64,000 nt of DNA, taken from assembly GCF_029227855.1 (NCBI RefSeq), contig NZ_CP074356.1, one strand, 5' to 3'. The DNA comes from Escherichia coli. GTDB taxonomy: Bacteria > Pseudomonadota > Gammaproteobacteria > Enterobacterales > Enterobacteriaceae. A program made the position numbers and the translations under genes. Within the stretch, counting starts at the first letter, position 1; the number at the start of each line of letters is the position of its first letter. This document shows, one piece after another, positions 1 through 10,650 of the stretch. Below the pieces are notes generated by a model. It did no database searches and was not told the origin of the DNA. It worked only from the letters and a program-made list of their open reading frames with translations.

Positions 1-1499
1 TCCAGCTGTTGTTCTGCTTTAGTGTACAGAGCTGTGCGCTGCGCCTCGTCAGTCACTTTCAGCGTTTCCGCCATAATGCTGTCAAAGGCCGGGCTCTTAT
101 AATGCGCGGTATTCATCGAGCTGTTCGACAGCATGGTGTTCAGGAAGGAAGTTGGTTCGTTGTAGTCTGCACACCAGCCTGCACGGGCCACATCAAAAGT
201 GCCCTGGTGACGGGTGTCGAGGAACGTTTTCCACTCCTGGTTAACCAGTTTGACGTTTACACCAATGTTTTTCTTCCACAATGAAGAGGCTGCAATCGCC
301 AGCTTTTTATGCAGATCGGAGGTGTTATACAACAGGTTGATGGTTAACGGTTTGTCTGCGGTATAACCCGCTTCAGCCAGCAGTTTTTTCGCTTCTTCGT
401 TACGTTTTTCCTGGCTCCAGCCAAACCATTCCGGCTGAGTCAATTTTGCGCCATCAGTATACGGTGGAGTGTAACCATAGGCGGGCATGTCGCCCTGCGC
501 TTTCACTTTATTAACAATGATATCGCGGTCCATACCCAGTTTCAGTGCGGTACGCACACGTACATCGTTAAATGGCGGTTTCTGGTTGTTAATTTCGTAA
601 TAATAAGTGCACAGGTATGGATCAACGTGAACTTCGTCCGGGATCTCTTTTTTCAGCTTCTGGAACAATTCGATCGGCATGTTGTTATACGTCATGTCGA
701 TTTCACCACTACGGTAGCGGTTGACATCGGTAACTTCAGAAGCAATAGGCAAATAGGTTACCTGGTTAATAACGGTTTTCGCGTTGTTCCAGTAAGTCGG
801 GCTGCGTTCAAGAACGATTCGCTCGTTTACGACCCAATCTTTTAAGGTATAGGCACCGTTGGTGACGATATTTCCAGGCTGGGTCCATTTTTCGCCGAAT
901 TTCTCGATAGCGGCTTTTGGCACCGGTGAAGTTGATGGGTGAACAAGTAATTTATAGAAGTACGGAACAGGTTCACTTAAGGTGACTTCTAATGTGTGAT
1001 CATCAATAGCTTTCACGCCGAGATCGGTAATCGGTTTTTTCCCTTCAAGAATTTCATCAATACCGGCGATATGCCCATATTGCAGATAACTGGCATACGG
1101 AGAAGCGGTGTTCGGATCAACAGAACGTTGCCAGCTATACACAAAGTCTTGGGCTGTGACTGGCGTGCCATCAGACCATTTCGCATCTTTACGCAAATGG
1201 AAGGTCCAGACTTTCGCGTCTTTATTATCCCAGGATTCAGCGACGCCAGGTGCCGGATGGCCGTCAAGATCGCTGACCAGTAAGCCTTCAAACAGGTCTC
1301 GGCTGATATTAGACTCCGGAACACCTTCAATTTTGTGCGGATCTAATGACTGAACTTCTGAACCATTGTTACGTACCAGCGTTTGTTTTTCCGCCAGTGT
1401 GACGCCTGCGGGTACATCAGCTGCCAGCGCGACATTCCCTGCCATTAGCGCAGCCAGAACGCCAGCTGCTACTAAACTTCTCTTGGTGATGTTGGTCAT
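1..1499 (-). CDS. oppA: Oligopeptide ABC transporter periplasmic binding protein OppA, partial (N-terminal ~500 codons; 3' end lies beyond window start)
   Basis: Reverse complement of 1440-1499 translates MTNITKRSLVAAGVLAALMA (OppA signal peptide); ATG at 1497-1499 on minus strand; open frame continues to window edge. Confidence 0.88.
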   Translation of the reverse strand, partial: MTNITKRSLVAAGVLAALMAGNVALAADVPAGVTLAEKQTLVRNNGSEVQSLDPHKIEGVPESNISRDLFEGLLVSDLDGHPAPGVAESWDNKDAKVWTFHLRKDAKWSDGTPVTAQDFVYSWQRSVDPNTASPYASYLQYGHIAGIDEILEGKKPITDLGVKAIDDHTLEVTLSEPVPYFYKLLVHPSTSPVPKAAIEKFGEKWTQPGNIVTNGAYTLKDWVVNERIVLERSPTYWNNAKTVINQVTYLPIASEVTDVNRYRSGEIDMTYNNMPIELFQKLKKEIPDEVHVDPYLCTYYYEINNQKPPFNDVRVRTALKLGMDRDIIVNKVKAQGDMPAYGYTPPYTDGAKLTQPEWFGWSQEKRNEEAKKLLAEAGYTADKPLTINLLYNTSDLHKKLAIAASSLWKKNIGVNVKLVNQEWKTFLDTRHQGTFDVARAGWCADYNEPTSFLNTMLSNSSMNTAHYKSPAFDSIMAETLKVTDEAQRTALYTKAEQQL

Positions 1500-2236
1500 T
1501 GTTTTTTGGACTCCCTCATTATAATTACTGGTATTAACCAGCATGTGTAATCCCGGATTGGGACCCTGCACAGGCTCGGAGACTTTCTGCTGTCAGGTTA
1601 CTTTATCGTTACGTATTACTATCACCGACTTTATTTATTCTGGTGATTCAGACGATCACCTTATGTCGATTCGTACTGTGTCTCCCCTGTCGAGACACAT
1701 TATTCTTTCGCGACGCTCTTAAATTGTTAATTATTCTCATTACCAATAAAGAATCGTCTGGCGGTTGCCCGGAAAGTACCAAATGCGCTTCTTACTCGCC
1801 AATACATTTTGCAAAATTGTTAAGCAATTCTCTTTTATTGACCGTATCAGAATCTATAGCTTGCATCCATGTCTTAACAAACATCTTTCAATTCAATCAA
1901 ATAGAGATTGGTTAAGCATGTCTATCTTTTCTGATTACAGTTCCAGTAGTGAAATGCACAATAATTTAACAATTGATTATTATTTAGCACTTTCCTCTAC
2001 CAAAGGCAGTGGAATTACTAATATCATTTCAATTATTCTTCAGCAAGCCCAGGATTATGATGTGGCGAAAATAACATGATGGTGAGGAGAAGCAGTTAAG
2101 GAAATCCTTATAACCAACTGTAATTTGAGAAGAATATTTTCACCCATTCCTTTTGCTTTTGATAACTGCGCGGTAACAAAGTAAAAATAATGACGAAGTA
2201 AACGGAGCATGGCAGCTCCGTTTCATTTGAAAGGAA

Positions 2237-2884
2237 TTAATTAAGCAAGCCGGGGAAAATCCCCTTAACACCAGTAACGATAAATTCAATCCCCAATGCC
2301 ATCAGCAATAGCCCCATAATACGCGTGATCACGTTGATGCCGGTTTGGCGTAAAACCCGTACCAGCCACGGTGCCATGCGGAACAATCCCCAGCAACATA
2401 AAGCGAACAATGCAATAGCCACAAAGAAACCAAACAGATAGCTAATGCTGTGATAACGCGTACCCCAGACGATGGTAGAACTGATCGCCCCTGGCCCCGC
2501 CATCAACGGCAACGCCAACGGCACCACACCAATGCTTTCACGTACCGCGGTTTCTGATTTTTCTTGCTTATTCTGTTTATCCTCGCCAAGCTTGCCGCTG
2601 ATCATCGACATCGCTATTGTCACCACCAGGATGCCACCGGCGATACGGAATGAATCAATTGATATACCAAAAAGTTGTAGAATCGTGTCGCCGAGAAAAA
2701 GCGAGATCCACAAGATAATGGCCACAGACAGGTTGGCTGTAAGGTTCGTTTTGTTTCGCGCTGCCGCTGTCTGATAACTGGTCATGCTGATAAAGACGGG
2801 AATAATCCCTACCGGGTTGACCAGCGCAAATAACCCGATGAAAAATTTGAAGTAAACGGGAAAATCAAAAAGGATCTGAATCAC
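2237..2884 (-). CDS. ychE: MarC-family inner membrane protein YchE
   Basis: 215 aa ORF, multi-pass hydrophobic protein; sequence recognised as E. coli YchE; conserved position next to adhE. Confidence 0.9.
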   Translation of the reverse strand: MIQILFDFPVYFKFFIGLFALVNPVGIIPVFISMTSYQTAAARNKTNLTANLSVAIILWISLFLGDTILQLFGISIDSFRIAGGILVVTIAMSMISGKLGEDKQNKQEKSETAVRESIGVVPLALPLMAGPGAISSTIVWGTRYHSISYLFGFFVAIALFALCCWGLFRMAPWLVRVLRQTGINVITRIMGLLLMALGIEFIVTGVKGIFPGLLN

Positions 2885-3360
2885 GGTTAGCTCCGAAGCA
2901 AAAGCCGGATAATGTTAGCCATAAATAAGGTTGAAAAGACGCGCTGACAATACGCCTTTTGACAGCATTTTTCACCTCCTAACTACTTAAAATTGCTATC
3001 ATTCGTTATTGTTATCTGGTTGTGCAAAACATGCTAATGTAGCCACCAAATCATACTACAATTTATTAACTGTTAGCTATAATGGCGAAAAGCGATGCTG
3101 AAAGGTGTCAGCTTTGCAAAAATTTGATTTGGATCACGTAATCAGTACCCAGAAGTGAGTAATCTTGCTTACGCCACCTGGAAGTGACGCATTAGAGATA
3201 ATAACTCTAATGTTTAAACTCTTTTAGTAAATCACAGTGAGTGTGAGCGCGAGTAAGCTTTTGATTTTCATCGGTTAAGCAAATCATCACCGCACTGACT
3301 ATACTCTCGTATTCGAGCAGATGATTTACTAAAAAAGTTTAACATTATCAGGAGAGCATT

Positions 3361-6036
3361 ATGGCTGTTACTAATGTCGCTGAACTTAACGCACTCGTAG
3401 AGCGTGTAAAAAAAGCCCAGCGTGAATATGCCAGTTTCACTCAAGAGCAAGTAGACAAAATCTTCCGCGCCGCCGCTCTGGCTGCTGCAGATGCTCGAAT
3501 CCCACTCGCGAAAATGGCCGTTGCCGAATCCGGCATGGGTATCGTCGAAGATAAAGTGATCAAAAACCACTTTGCTTCTGAATATATCTACAACGCCTAT
3601 AAAGATGAAAAAACCTGTGGTGTTCTGTCTGAAGACGACACTTTTGGTACCATCACTATCGCTGAACCAATCGGTATTATTTGCGGTATCGTTCCGACCA
3701 CTAACCCGACTTCAACTGCTATCTTCAAATCGCTGATCAGCCTGAAGACCCGTAACGCCATTATCTTCTCCCCGCACCCGCGTGCAAAAGATGCAACCAA
3801 CAAAGCAGCTGATATCGTTCTGCAGGCTGCTATCGCTGCCGGTGCTCCGAAAGATCTGATCGGCTGGATCGATCAACCTTCTGTTGAACTGTCTAACGCA
3901 CTGATGCACCACCCAGACATCAACCTGATCCTCGCGACTGGTGGTCCGGGCATGGTTAAAGCCGCATACAGCTCCGGTAAACCAGCTATCGGCGTAGGCG
4001 CGGGCAACACTCCAGTTGTTATCGATGAAACTGCTGATATCAAACGTGCAGTTGCATCTGTACTGATGTCCAAAACCTTCGACAACGGCGTAATCTGTGC
4101 TTCTGAACAGTCTGTTGTTGTTGTTGACTCTGTTTATGACGCAGTACGTGAACGTTTCGCAACCCACGGCGGCTATCTGTTGCAGGGTAAAGAGCTGAAA
4201 GCTGTTCAGGACGTTATCCTGAAAAACGGTGCGCTGAACGCGGCTATCGTTGGTCAGCCAGCCTATAAAATTGCTGAACTGGCAGGCTTCTCTGTACCAG
4301 AAAACACCAAGATTCTGATCGGTGAAGTGACCGTTGTTGATGAAAGCGAACCGTTCGCACATGAAAAACTGTCCCCGACTCTGGCAATGTACCGCGCTAA
4401 AGATTTCGAAGACGCGGTAGAAAAAGCAGAGAAACTGGTTGCTATGGGCGGTATCGGTCATACCTCTTGCCTGTACACTGACCAGGATAACCAACCGGCT
4501 CGCGTTTCTTACTTCGGTCAGAAAATGAAAACGGCTCGTATCCTGATTAACACCCCGGCTTCTCAGGGTGGTATCGGTGACCTGTATAACTTCAAACTCG
4601 CACCTTCCCTGACTCTGGGTTGTGGTTCCTGGGGTGGTAACTCCATCTCTGAAAACGTTGGTCCGAAACACCTGATCAACAAGAAAACAGTTGCTAAGCG
4701 AGCTGAAAACATGTTGTGGCACAAACTTCCGAAATCTATCTACTTCCGCCGTGGCTCCCTGCCAATCGCGCTGGATGAAGTGATTACTGATGGCCACAAA
4801 CGTGCGCTCATCGTGACTGACCGCTTCCTGTTCAACAATGGTTATGCTGATCAGATCACTTCCGTACTGAAAGCAGCAGGCGTTGAAACTGAAGTCTTCT
4901 TCGAAGTAGAAGCTGACCCGACCCTGAGCATCGTTCGTAAAGGTGCAGAACTGGCAAACTCCTTCAAACCAGACGTGATTATCGCGCTGGGTGGTGGTTC
5001 CCCGATGGACGCCGCGAAGATCATGTGGGTCATGTACGAACATCCGGAAACTCACTTCGAAGAACTGGCGCTGCGCTTTATGGATATCCGTAAACGTATC
5101 TACAAGTTCCCGAAAATGGGCGTGAAAGCGAAAATGATCGCTGTCACCACCACTTCTGGTACAGGTTCTGAAGTCACTCCGTTTGCGGTTGTAACTGACG
5201 ACGCTACTGGTCAGAAATATCCGCTGGCAGACTATGCGCTGACCCCGGATATGGCGATTGTCGATGCCAACCTGGTTATGGACATGCCGAAGTCCCTGTG
5301 TGCTTTCGGTGGTCTGGACGCAGTAACTCACGCCATGGAAGCTTATGTTTCTGTACTGGCATCTGAGTTCTCTGATGGTCAGGCCCTGCAGGCGCTGAAA
5401 CTGCTGAAAGAATATCTGCCAGCGTCCTACCACGAAGGATCTAAAAATCCGGTAGCGCGTGAACGTGTTCACAGTGCAGCAACTATCGCGGGTATCGCGT
5501 TTGCGAACGCCTTCCTGGGTGTATGTCACTCAATGGCGCACAAACTGGGTTCCCAGTTCCATATTCCGCACGGTCTGGCAAACGCCCTGCTGATTTGTAA
5601 CGTTATTCGCTACAACGCGAACGACAACCCGACCAAGCAGACTGCATTCAGCCAGTATGACCGTCCGCAGGCTCGCCGTCGTTATGCTGAAATTGCTGAC
5701 CACCTGGGTCTGAGCGCACCGGGCGACCGTACTGCTGCTAAGATCGAGAAACTGCTGGCATGGCTGGAAACGCTGAAAGCTGAACTGGGTATTCCGAAAT
5801 CTATCCGTGAAGCTGGCGTTCAGGAAGCAGACTTCCTGGCGAATGTGGATAAACTGTCTGAAGATGCATTCGATGACCAGTGCACCGGCGCTAACCCGCG
5901 TTACCCGCTGATCTCCGAGCTGAAACAGATTCTGCTGGATACCTACTACGGTCGTGATTATGTAGAAGGTGAAACTGCAGCGAAAAAGGAAGCCGCTCCG
6001 GCTAAAGCTGAGAAAAAAGCGAAGAAATCCGCTTAA
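3361..6036 (+). CDS. adhE: Bifunctional acetaldehyde-CoA/alcohol dehydrogenase AdhE
   Basis: 891 aa ORF beginning [27 protein letters not shown]-terminal aldehyde dehydrogenase plus C-terminal iron-containing alcohol dehydrogenase domains. Confidence 0.97.
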
Positions 6037-6061
6037 TCAGTAGCGCTGTCTGGCAACATAA

Positions 6062-6087
6062 ACGGTCCCTTCTGGGGCCGTTTTTTT
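6062..6087 (+). terminator. Rho-independent terminator downstream of adhE
   Basis: Hairpin ACGGTCCC-TTCT-GGGGCCGT followed by T7 run, 26 bp after adhE stop. Confidence 0.6.
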
Positions 6088-6338
6088 GTTTTACCCAAAG
6101 CAACTTTCCCATAAACCGACAGCATTTGCCTTCATCATATTTACGGCGATGTATAACGCCTACACACAGCGATATTGTACTTTACAGGTCACAAGTCAAC
6201 GTCACTGTAAAAGCGCTCTGTGAGGGGTATAGTGGCGTTAAAGAACTGTCGAGAAGGGTATATACACCGGATGAAGTGAGTAAAACGAACTGACAGGATA
6301 AAAGCGCCCTGCTCACCCTGTCAGTAAAGAAATTCTTA

Positions 6339-6956
6339 TTAATCGTGGCGATGCCTTTCCTGAATAGCCGTTAATGAGCCGACTTCTAACGCTTCTTTAT
6401 AGTGTTTACGGCATACAGAAACGTAGCGTTCATTACCACCAATAACCACCTGCTCACCTTCGTTATAAGGTCTGCCTGCTTGATCAAGACGCAGCACCAT
6501 GCTTGCTTTGCGGCCACAAAAACAGATGGTTTTTAATTCAACCAGTTTGTCGGACCATGCCAGTAAGTATTGGCTGCCAATAAATAACTCACCTCGAAAA
6601 TCGGTACGTAAACCATAACAAAGTACGGGTATATCGAGTTGATCGACAACCTCCGATAATTCATATACTTGTTGTCTGGTTAAAAACTGGCATTCATCAA
6701 CCAGTACGCAATGAATTGCCTGCTGTTCATGTTCCGCACGAATCTCATCAAATAATGATGAATTTTGGTTAAATAATTTTGCAGGCGATGACAAACCTAT
6801 ACGCGAGCTGACTTTCCCGGCACCAAAGCGATCATCAATTTCTGCCGTATATACGACAGTGCGCATGCCGCGTTCCTGGTAATTGTATGAAGATTGCAAC
6901 AATGCTGTAGACTTACCCGCATTCATTGCGGAATAGTAGAAATATAGCTGTGCCAT
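6339..6956 (-). CDS. tdk: Thymidine kinase
   Basis: 205 aa [29 protein letters not shown] with P-loop; recognised as E. coli Tdk. Confidence 0.95.
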
Positions 6957-7559
6957 CAGCCACAGGCCCTCAATGATATGAATTAAAGTTGGCTGGAGTT
7001 TATCATAATTCGTCAGTTTTTCAGCTCAACAGTATGCACAGAAGTGGTATATGCGTTCTCCCTTACGAAGCCTTGCATAATCCTTCTGAGCTATCATTAC
7101 AACTGCCTCGCTTGTTATAAGCGGGTAAATGACTGCTGGTAACTATTCACAATCTTTAACCTGTTGCGCAAGTAATAGCCCTCTGTTGACCTCCTGGAGA
7201 TAGTGCAATACTAAGTCCCTGCTCTTATTGCGACTGTTCTACTTTTCATCATTCGCTTAATAGGGAATTCTCGTAAACACGACTAATACAGAAGACTGAA
7301 AGGTCGTCAGCCTACGATAATCTCCCCATAAAATGTGACATGAATCAGGAAGTTTTAACCTCACGTGCTGCGAAATCATCGGCGCAAATAGGGCTATATG
7401 CCGCGTCTTTTCTGGCTAATTTTATGAAAAGATATTTATTGGCGGCACAAAATAAAGAACAATTTTGAATTCCTTACATTCCTGGCTATTGCACAACTGA
7501 ATTTAAGGCTCTATTATTACCTCAACAAACCACCCCAATATAAGTTTGAGATTACTACA

Positions 7560-7973
7560 ATGAGCGAAGCACTTAAAATTCTGAACAACATCCGTACTCT
7601 TCGTGCGCAGGCAAGAGAATGTACACTTGAAACGCTGGAAGAAATGCTGGAAAAATTAGAAGTTGTTGTTAACGAACGTCGCGAAGAAGAAAGCGCGGCT
7701 GCTGCTGAAGTTGAAGAGCGCACTCGTAAACTGCAGCAATATCGCGAAATGCTGATCGCTGACGGTATTGACCCGAACGAACTGCTGAATAGCCTTGCTG
7801 CCGTTAAATCTGGCACCAAAGCTAAACGTGCTCAGCGTCCGGCAAAATATAGCTACGTTGACGAAAACGGCGAAACTAAAACCTGGACTGGCCAGGGCCG
7901 TACTCCAGCTGTAATCAAAAAAGCAATGGATGAGCAAGGTAAATCCCTCGACGATTTCCTGATCAAGCAATAA
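7560..7973 (+). CDS. hns: Nucleoid-associated DNA-binding protein H-NS
   Basis: 137 aa [44 protein letters not shown] ... TWTGQGRTP; matches E. coli H-NS. Confidence 0.97.
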
Positions 7974-8000
7974 TCTTTTGTAGATTGCACTTGCTTAAAA

Positions 8001-8026
8001 ATCCCGCCATCGGCGGGATTTTTTAT
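8001..8026 (+). terminator. hns rho-independent terminator
   Basis: Perfect hairpin ATCCCGCC-atc-GGCGGGAT followed by TTTTTT. Confidence 0.7.
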
Positions 8027-8064
8027 TGTCCGGTTTAAGACAATTTAATAAGAATAAGCTATAA

Positions 8065-8776
8065 TAAATATCCTCCGGCATAGCCGGAGGTTTTTCAAAT
8101 GCGCCTATAAGGCTCTCTTACCAGCCGCGCCCTAACAGGCGCACACGATCTGACATTTGCATCCAACTTCGTTACTTACGGCCCGTAAACGGGCTGCCCG
8201 GATAGGGAATCGATAACTGCTCTCCCATTTTATCCTCTTCAAGCTGGTGCTTTATGTAATCCTGTATCTTCGCCGTGTTCTTACCCACCGTATCGACGTA
8301 GTACCCTCTGCACCAGAACTCCCTGTTCCTGTATTTGAATTTCAAATCACCAAACTGCTCGTAAAGCATCAGACTGCTTTTCCCTTTCAGATATCCCATA
8401 AAGCCGGATACGCTCATTTTGGGCGGGATCTCCACAAGCATATGGATATGATCTGCACAGCATTCAGCTTCCAGAATCCGTACACTTTTCCACTCACACA
8501 GCTTTCTCAAAATACTGCCTATTGCTCTACGCTTCTCTCTGTAGAACACCTGTCTTCGGTATTTTGGCGCAAAAACTATGTGATATTTACAGTTCCATCG
8601 GGTGTGCGCTAAGCTCTTTTCGTTCCCCATTGGGACCCCCTTTTGATTTCTTGTTTGACACTTGCAGTTGCCAGACCGCAAGGTGTTTTAACAAATCAAA
8701 AGGGGTTTTAATAACTGGCTTAAAGCTGAAAGCTTTCCGGAACCCCCAGCCTAGCTGGGGGTTTTCTGTGCACAAA
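8065..8776 (-). mobile_element. IS200 (IS200/IS605 family) copy 1, tnpA oriented on minus strand
   Basis: 712 bp unit repeated in direct tandem; contains Y1 HuH transposase ORF and terminal palindromes TCCTCCGGCatagCCGGAGG (8071-8090) and CCCCCAGCctaGCTGGGGG (8743-8761); boundaries ambiguous by +/-2 bp. Confidence 0.85.
8172..8630 (-). CDS. tnpA: IS200 transposase TnpA (Y1 HuH single-strand transposase), 152 aa from the internal ATG
   Basis: MGNEKSLAHTRWNCKYHIVFAPKYRRQVFY...HIHMLVEIPP (HxH motif) ...IQDYIKHQ (catalytic Tyr); ORF track's longer 169 aa version (8172..8681) starts at an upstream TTG. Confidence 0.88.
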   Translation of the reverse strand: MGNEKSLAHTRWNCKYHIVFAPKYRRQVFYREKRRAIGSILRKLCEWKSVRILEAECCADHIHMLVEIPPKMSVSGFMGYLKGKSSLMLYEQFGDLKFKYRNREFWCRGYYVDTVGKNTAKIQDYIKHQLEEDKMGEQLSIPYPGSPFTGRK

Positions 8777-9488
8777 TAAATATCCTCCGGCATAGCCGGA
8801 GGTTTTTCAAATGCGCCTATAAGGCTCTCTTACCAGCCGCGCCCTAACAGGCGCACACGATCTGACATTTGCATCCAACTTCGTTACTTACGGCCCGTAA
8901 ACGGGCTGCCCGGATAGGGAATCGATAACTGCTCTCCCATTTTATCCTCTTCAAGCTGGTGCTTTATGTAATCCTGTATCTTCGCCGTGTTCTTACCCAC
9001 TGTATCGACGTAGTACCCTCTGCACCAGAACTCCCTGTTCCTGTATTTGAATTTCAAATCACCAAACTGCTCGTAAAGCATCAGACTGCTTTTCCCTTTC
9101 AGATATCCCATAAACCCGGATACGCTCATTTTGGGCGGGATCTCCACAAGCATATGGATATGATCTGCACAGCATTCAGCTTCCAGAATCCGTACGCTTT
9201 TCCACTCACACAGCTTTCTCAAAATACTGCCTATTGCTCTACGCTTCTCTCTGTAGAACACCTGTCTTCGGTATTTTGGCGCAAAAACTATGTGATATTT
9301 ACAGTTCCATCGGGTGTGCGCTAAGCTCTTTTCGTTCCCCATTGGGACCCCCTTTTGATTTCTTGTTTGACACTTGCAGTTGCCAGACCGCAAAGTGTTT
9401 TAACAAATCAAAAGGGGTTTTAATAACTGGCTCAAAGCTGAAAGCTTTCCGGAACCCCCAGCCTAGCTGGGGGTTTTCTGTGCACAAA
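8777..9488 (-). mobile_element. IS200 copy 2, head-to-tail with copy 1
   Basis: Second 712 bp unit, about 99% identical to copy 1 with at least five substitutions (e.g. 8290 vs 9002, 8403 vs 9115, 8474 vs 9186); same terminal palindromes at 8783-8802 and 9455-9473. Confidence 0.85.
8884..9342 (-). CDS. tnpA: IS200 transposase TnpA, copy 2
   Basis: Protein identical to copy 1 TnpA; the nucleotide differences between copies are synonymous or outside the ORF. Confidence 0.88.
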   Translation of the reverse strand: MGNEKSLAHTRWNCKYHIVFAPKYRRQVFYREKRRAIGSILRKLCEWKSVRILEAECCADHIHMLVEIPPKMSVSGFMGYLKGKSSLMLYEQFGDLKFKYRNREFWCRGYYVDTVGKNTAKIQDYIKHQLEEDKMGEQLSIPYPGSPFTGRK

Positions 9489-9517
9489 AAAACGGCGTCG
9501 ATTGCTCAACGCCGTTT
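9486..9517 (-). terminator. galU rho-independent terminator
   Basis: On the minus strand: ACGGCGT-tgagcaatcg-ACGCCGT then U-run; the U-run abuts the IS200 copy 2 boundary. Confidence 0.6.
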
Positions 9518-9540
9518 CGTGGATAACACCGATACGGATG

Positions 9541-10449
9541 TTACTTCTTAATGCCCATCTCTTCTTCAAGCCAGGCTTTAAATTCCGTGCCAAGGGTGTT
9601 ATGACGAATACCGTATTCAACGAAGGCCTGCATGTAACCTAATTTATTACCGCAGTCATGGCTCTTCCCTTTCATATGATAGGCTTCCACCGTTTCTTTT
9701 TCGATCAGCATATCAATTGCGTCGGTGAGCTGAATTTCATCACCAGCTCCCGGAGGGGTTTTTGCCAGCAACGGCCAAATATCCGCGCTAAGTACGTAAC
9801 GACCCACAATAGCGAGATTAGACGGCGCAACATCCGCTTTCGGTTTTTCTACCACACCAACCATCGGTACGCTTTCACCCGGCGCTAATTCAACGCCTTT
9901 ACAATCCACAACGCCATATGCGGTAACATCAGCAACCGGTTCAACCATGATCTGGCTATGACCCGTTTCATCAAAGCGGCGGATCATCTCTGCCAGGTTA
10001 TCCTGTGACAAATCGGATTCATATTCATCCAGAATAACGTCAGGCAAAATAACAGCCACAGGTTCATCACCCACTACCGGGTGAGCACACAATACCGCAT
10101 GTCCCAGGCCTTTCGCCAGCCCCTGACGAACTTGCATAATAGTCACGTGCGGCGGACAAATAGACTGCACTTCATCAAGCAGTTGACGTTTTACACGTTT
10201 TTCCAGCATTGCTTCCAGTTCAAAACTGGTATCAAAGTGGTTTTCAATCGAGTTTTTAGATGAGTGAGTAACCAGCACAATTTCAGTAATGCCAGCCGCA
10301 ATACATTCATTCACGACGTATTGAATTAATGGCTTATCGACAAGTGGCAGCATCTCTTTCGGGATGGCTTTCGTCGCCGGCAACATCCTGGTTCCTAATC
10401 CCGCAACGGGGATAACGGCTTTTTTGACTTTCGTATTAATGGCAGCCAT
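9541..10449 (-). CDS. galU: UTP-glucose-1-phosphate uridylyltransferase GalU
   Basis: 302 aa [49 protein letters not shown]. Confidence 0.96.
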
Positions 10450-10650
10450 TTAAATTCTCCTGGACTGTTCGTGTTTTGAACGTGTTCATATTTCTGTATC
10501 GCATCCCAGTATATCAGCACCCCGAAGGGGCTAAGTTCTGAAAAGGAGGCGAGTTAGCATAATTAAGACAATTACTTATACGAATGGCGACGATAGTAAC
10601 ACCAGCCGACATGAGCAGGTAATGCAAATTTAGCCCGCGTTATCGTTTGC

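Noticed and set aside
1643-2079. Small plus-strand ORFs in the oppA upstream region
   Set aside because: They lie in the long oppA promoter and leader region, are AT-rich and have no coding signal.
3712-5529. 605 aa minus-strand ORF inside adhE
   Set aside because: Antisense shadow of adhE; no start context or protein-like composition.
8247-8612. 121 aa plus-strand ORFs inside both IS200 copies (also 8959..9324)
   Set aside because: Antisense to tnpA; IS200 is known to encode only the transposase. The amino acid differences between the two copies of this ORF correspond to synonymous changes in tnpA, consistent with tnpA being the selected frame.
8065-9488. Possibility that the tandem IS200 pair is an assembly artefact
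   Set aside because: The two copies differ at five or more positions and have a clean junction, which is not what a collapsed or duplicated repeat artefact normally looks like. Long-read confirmation is still advisable.
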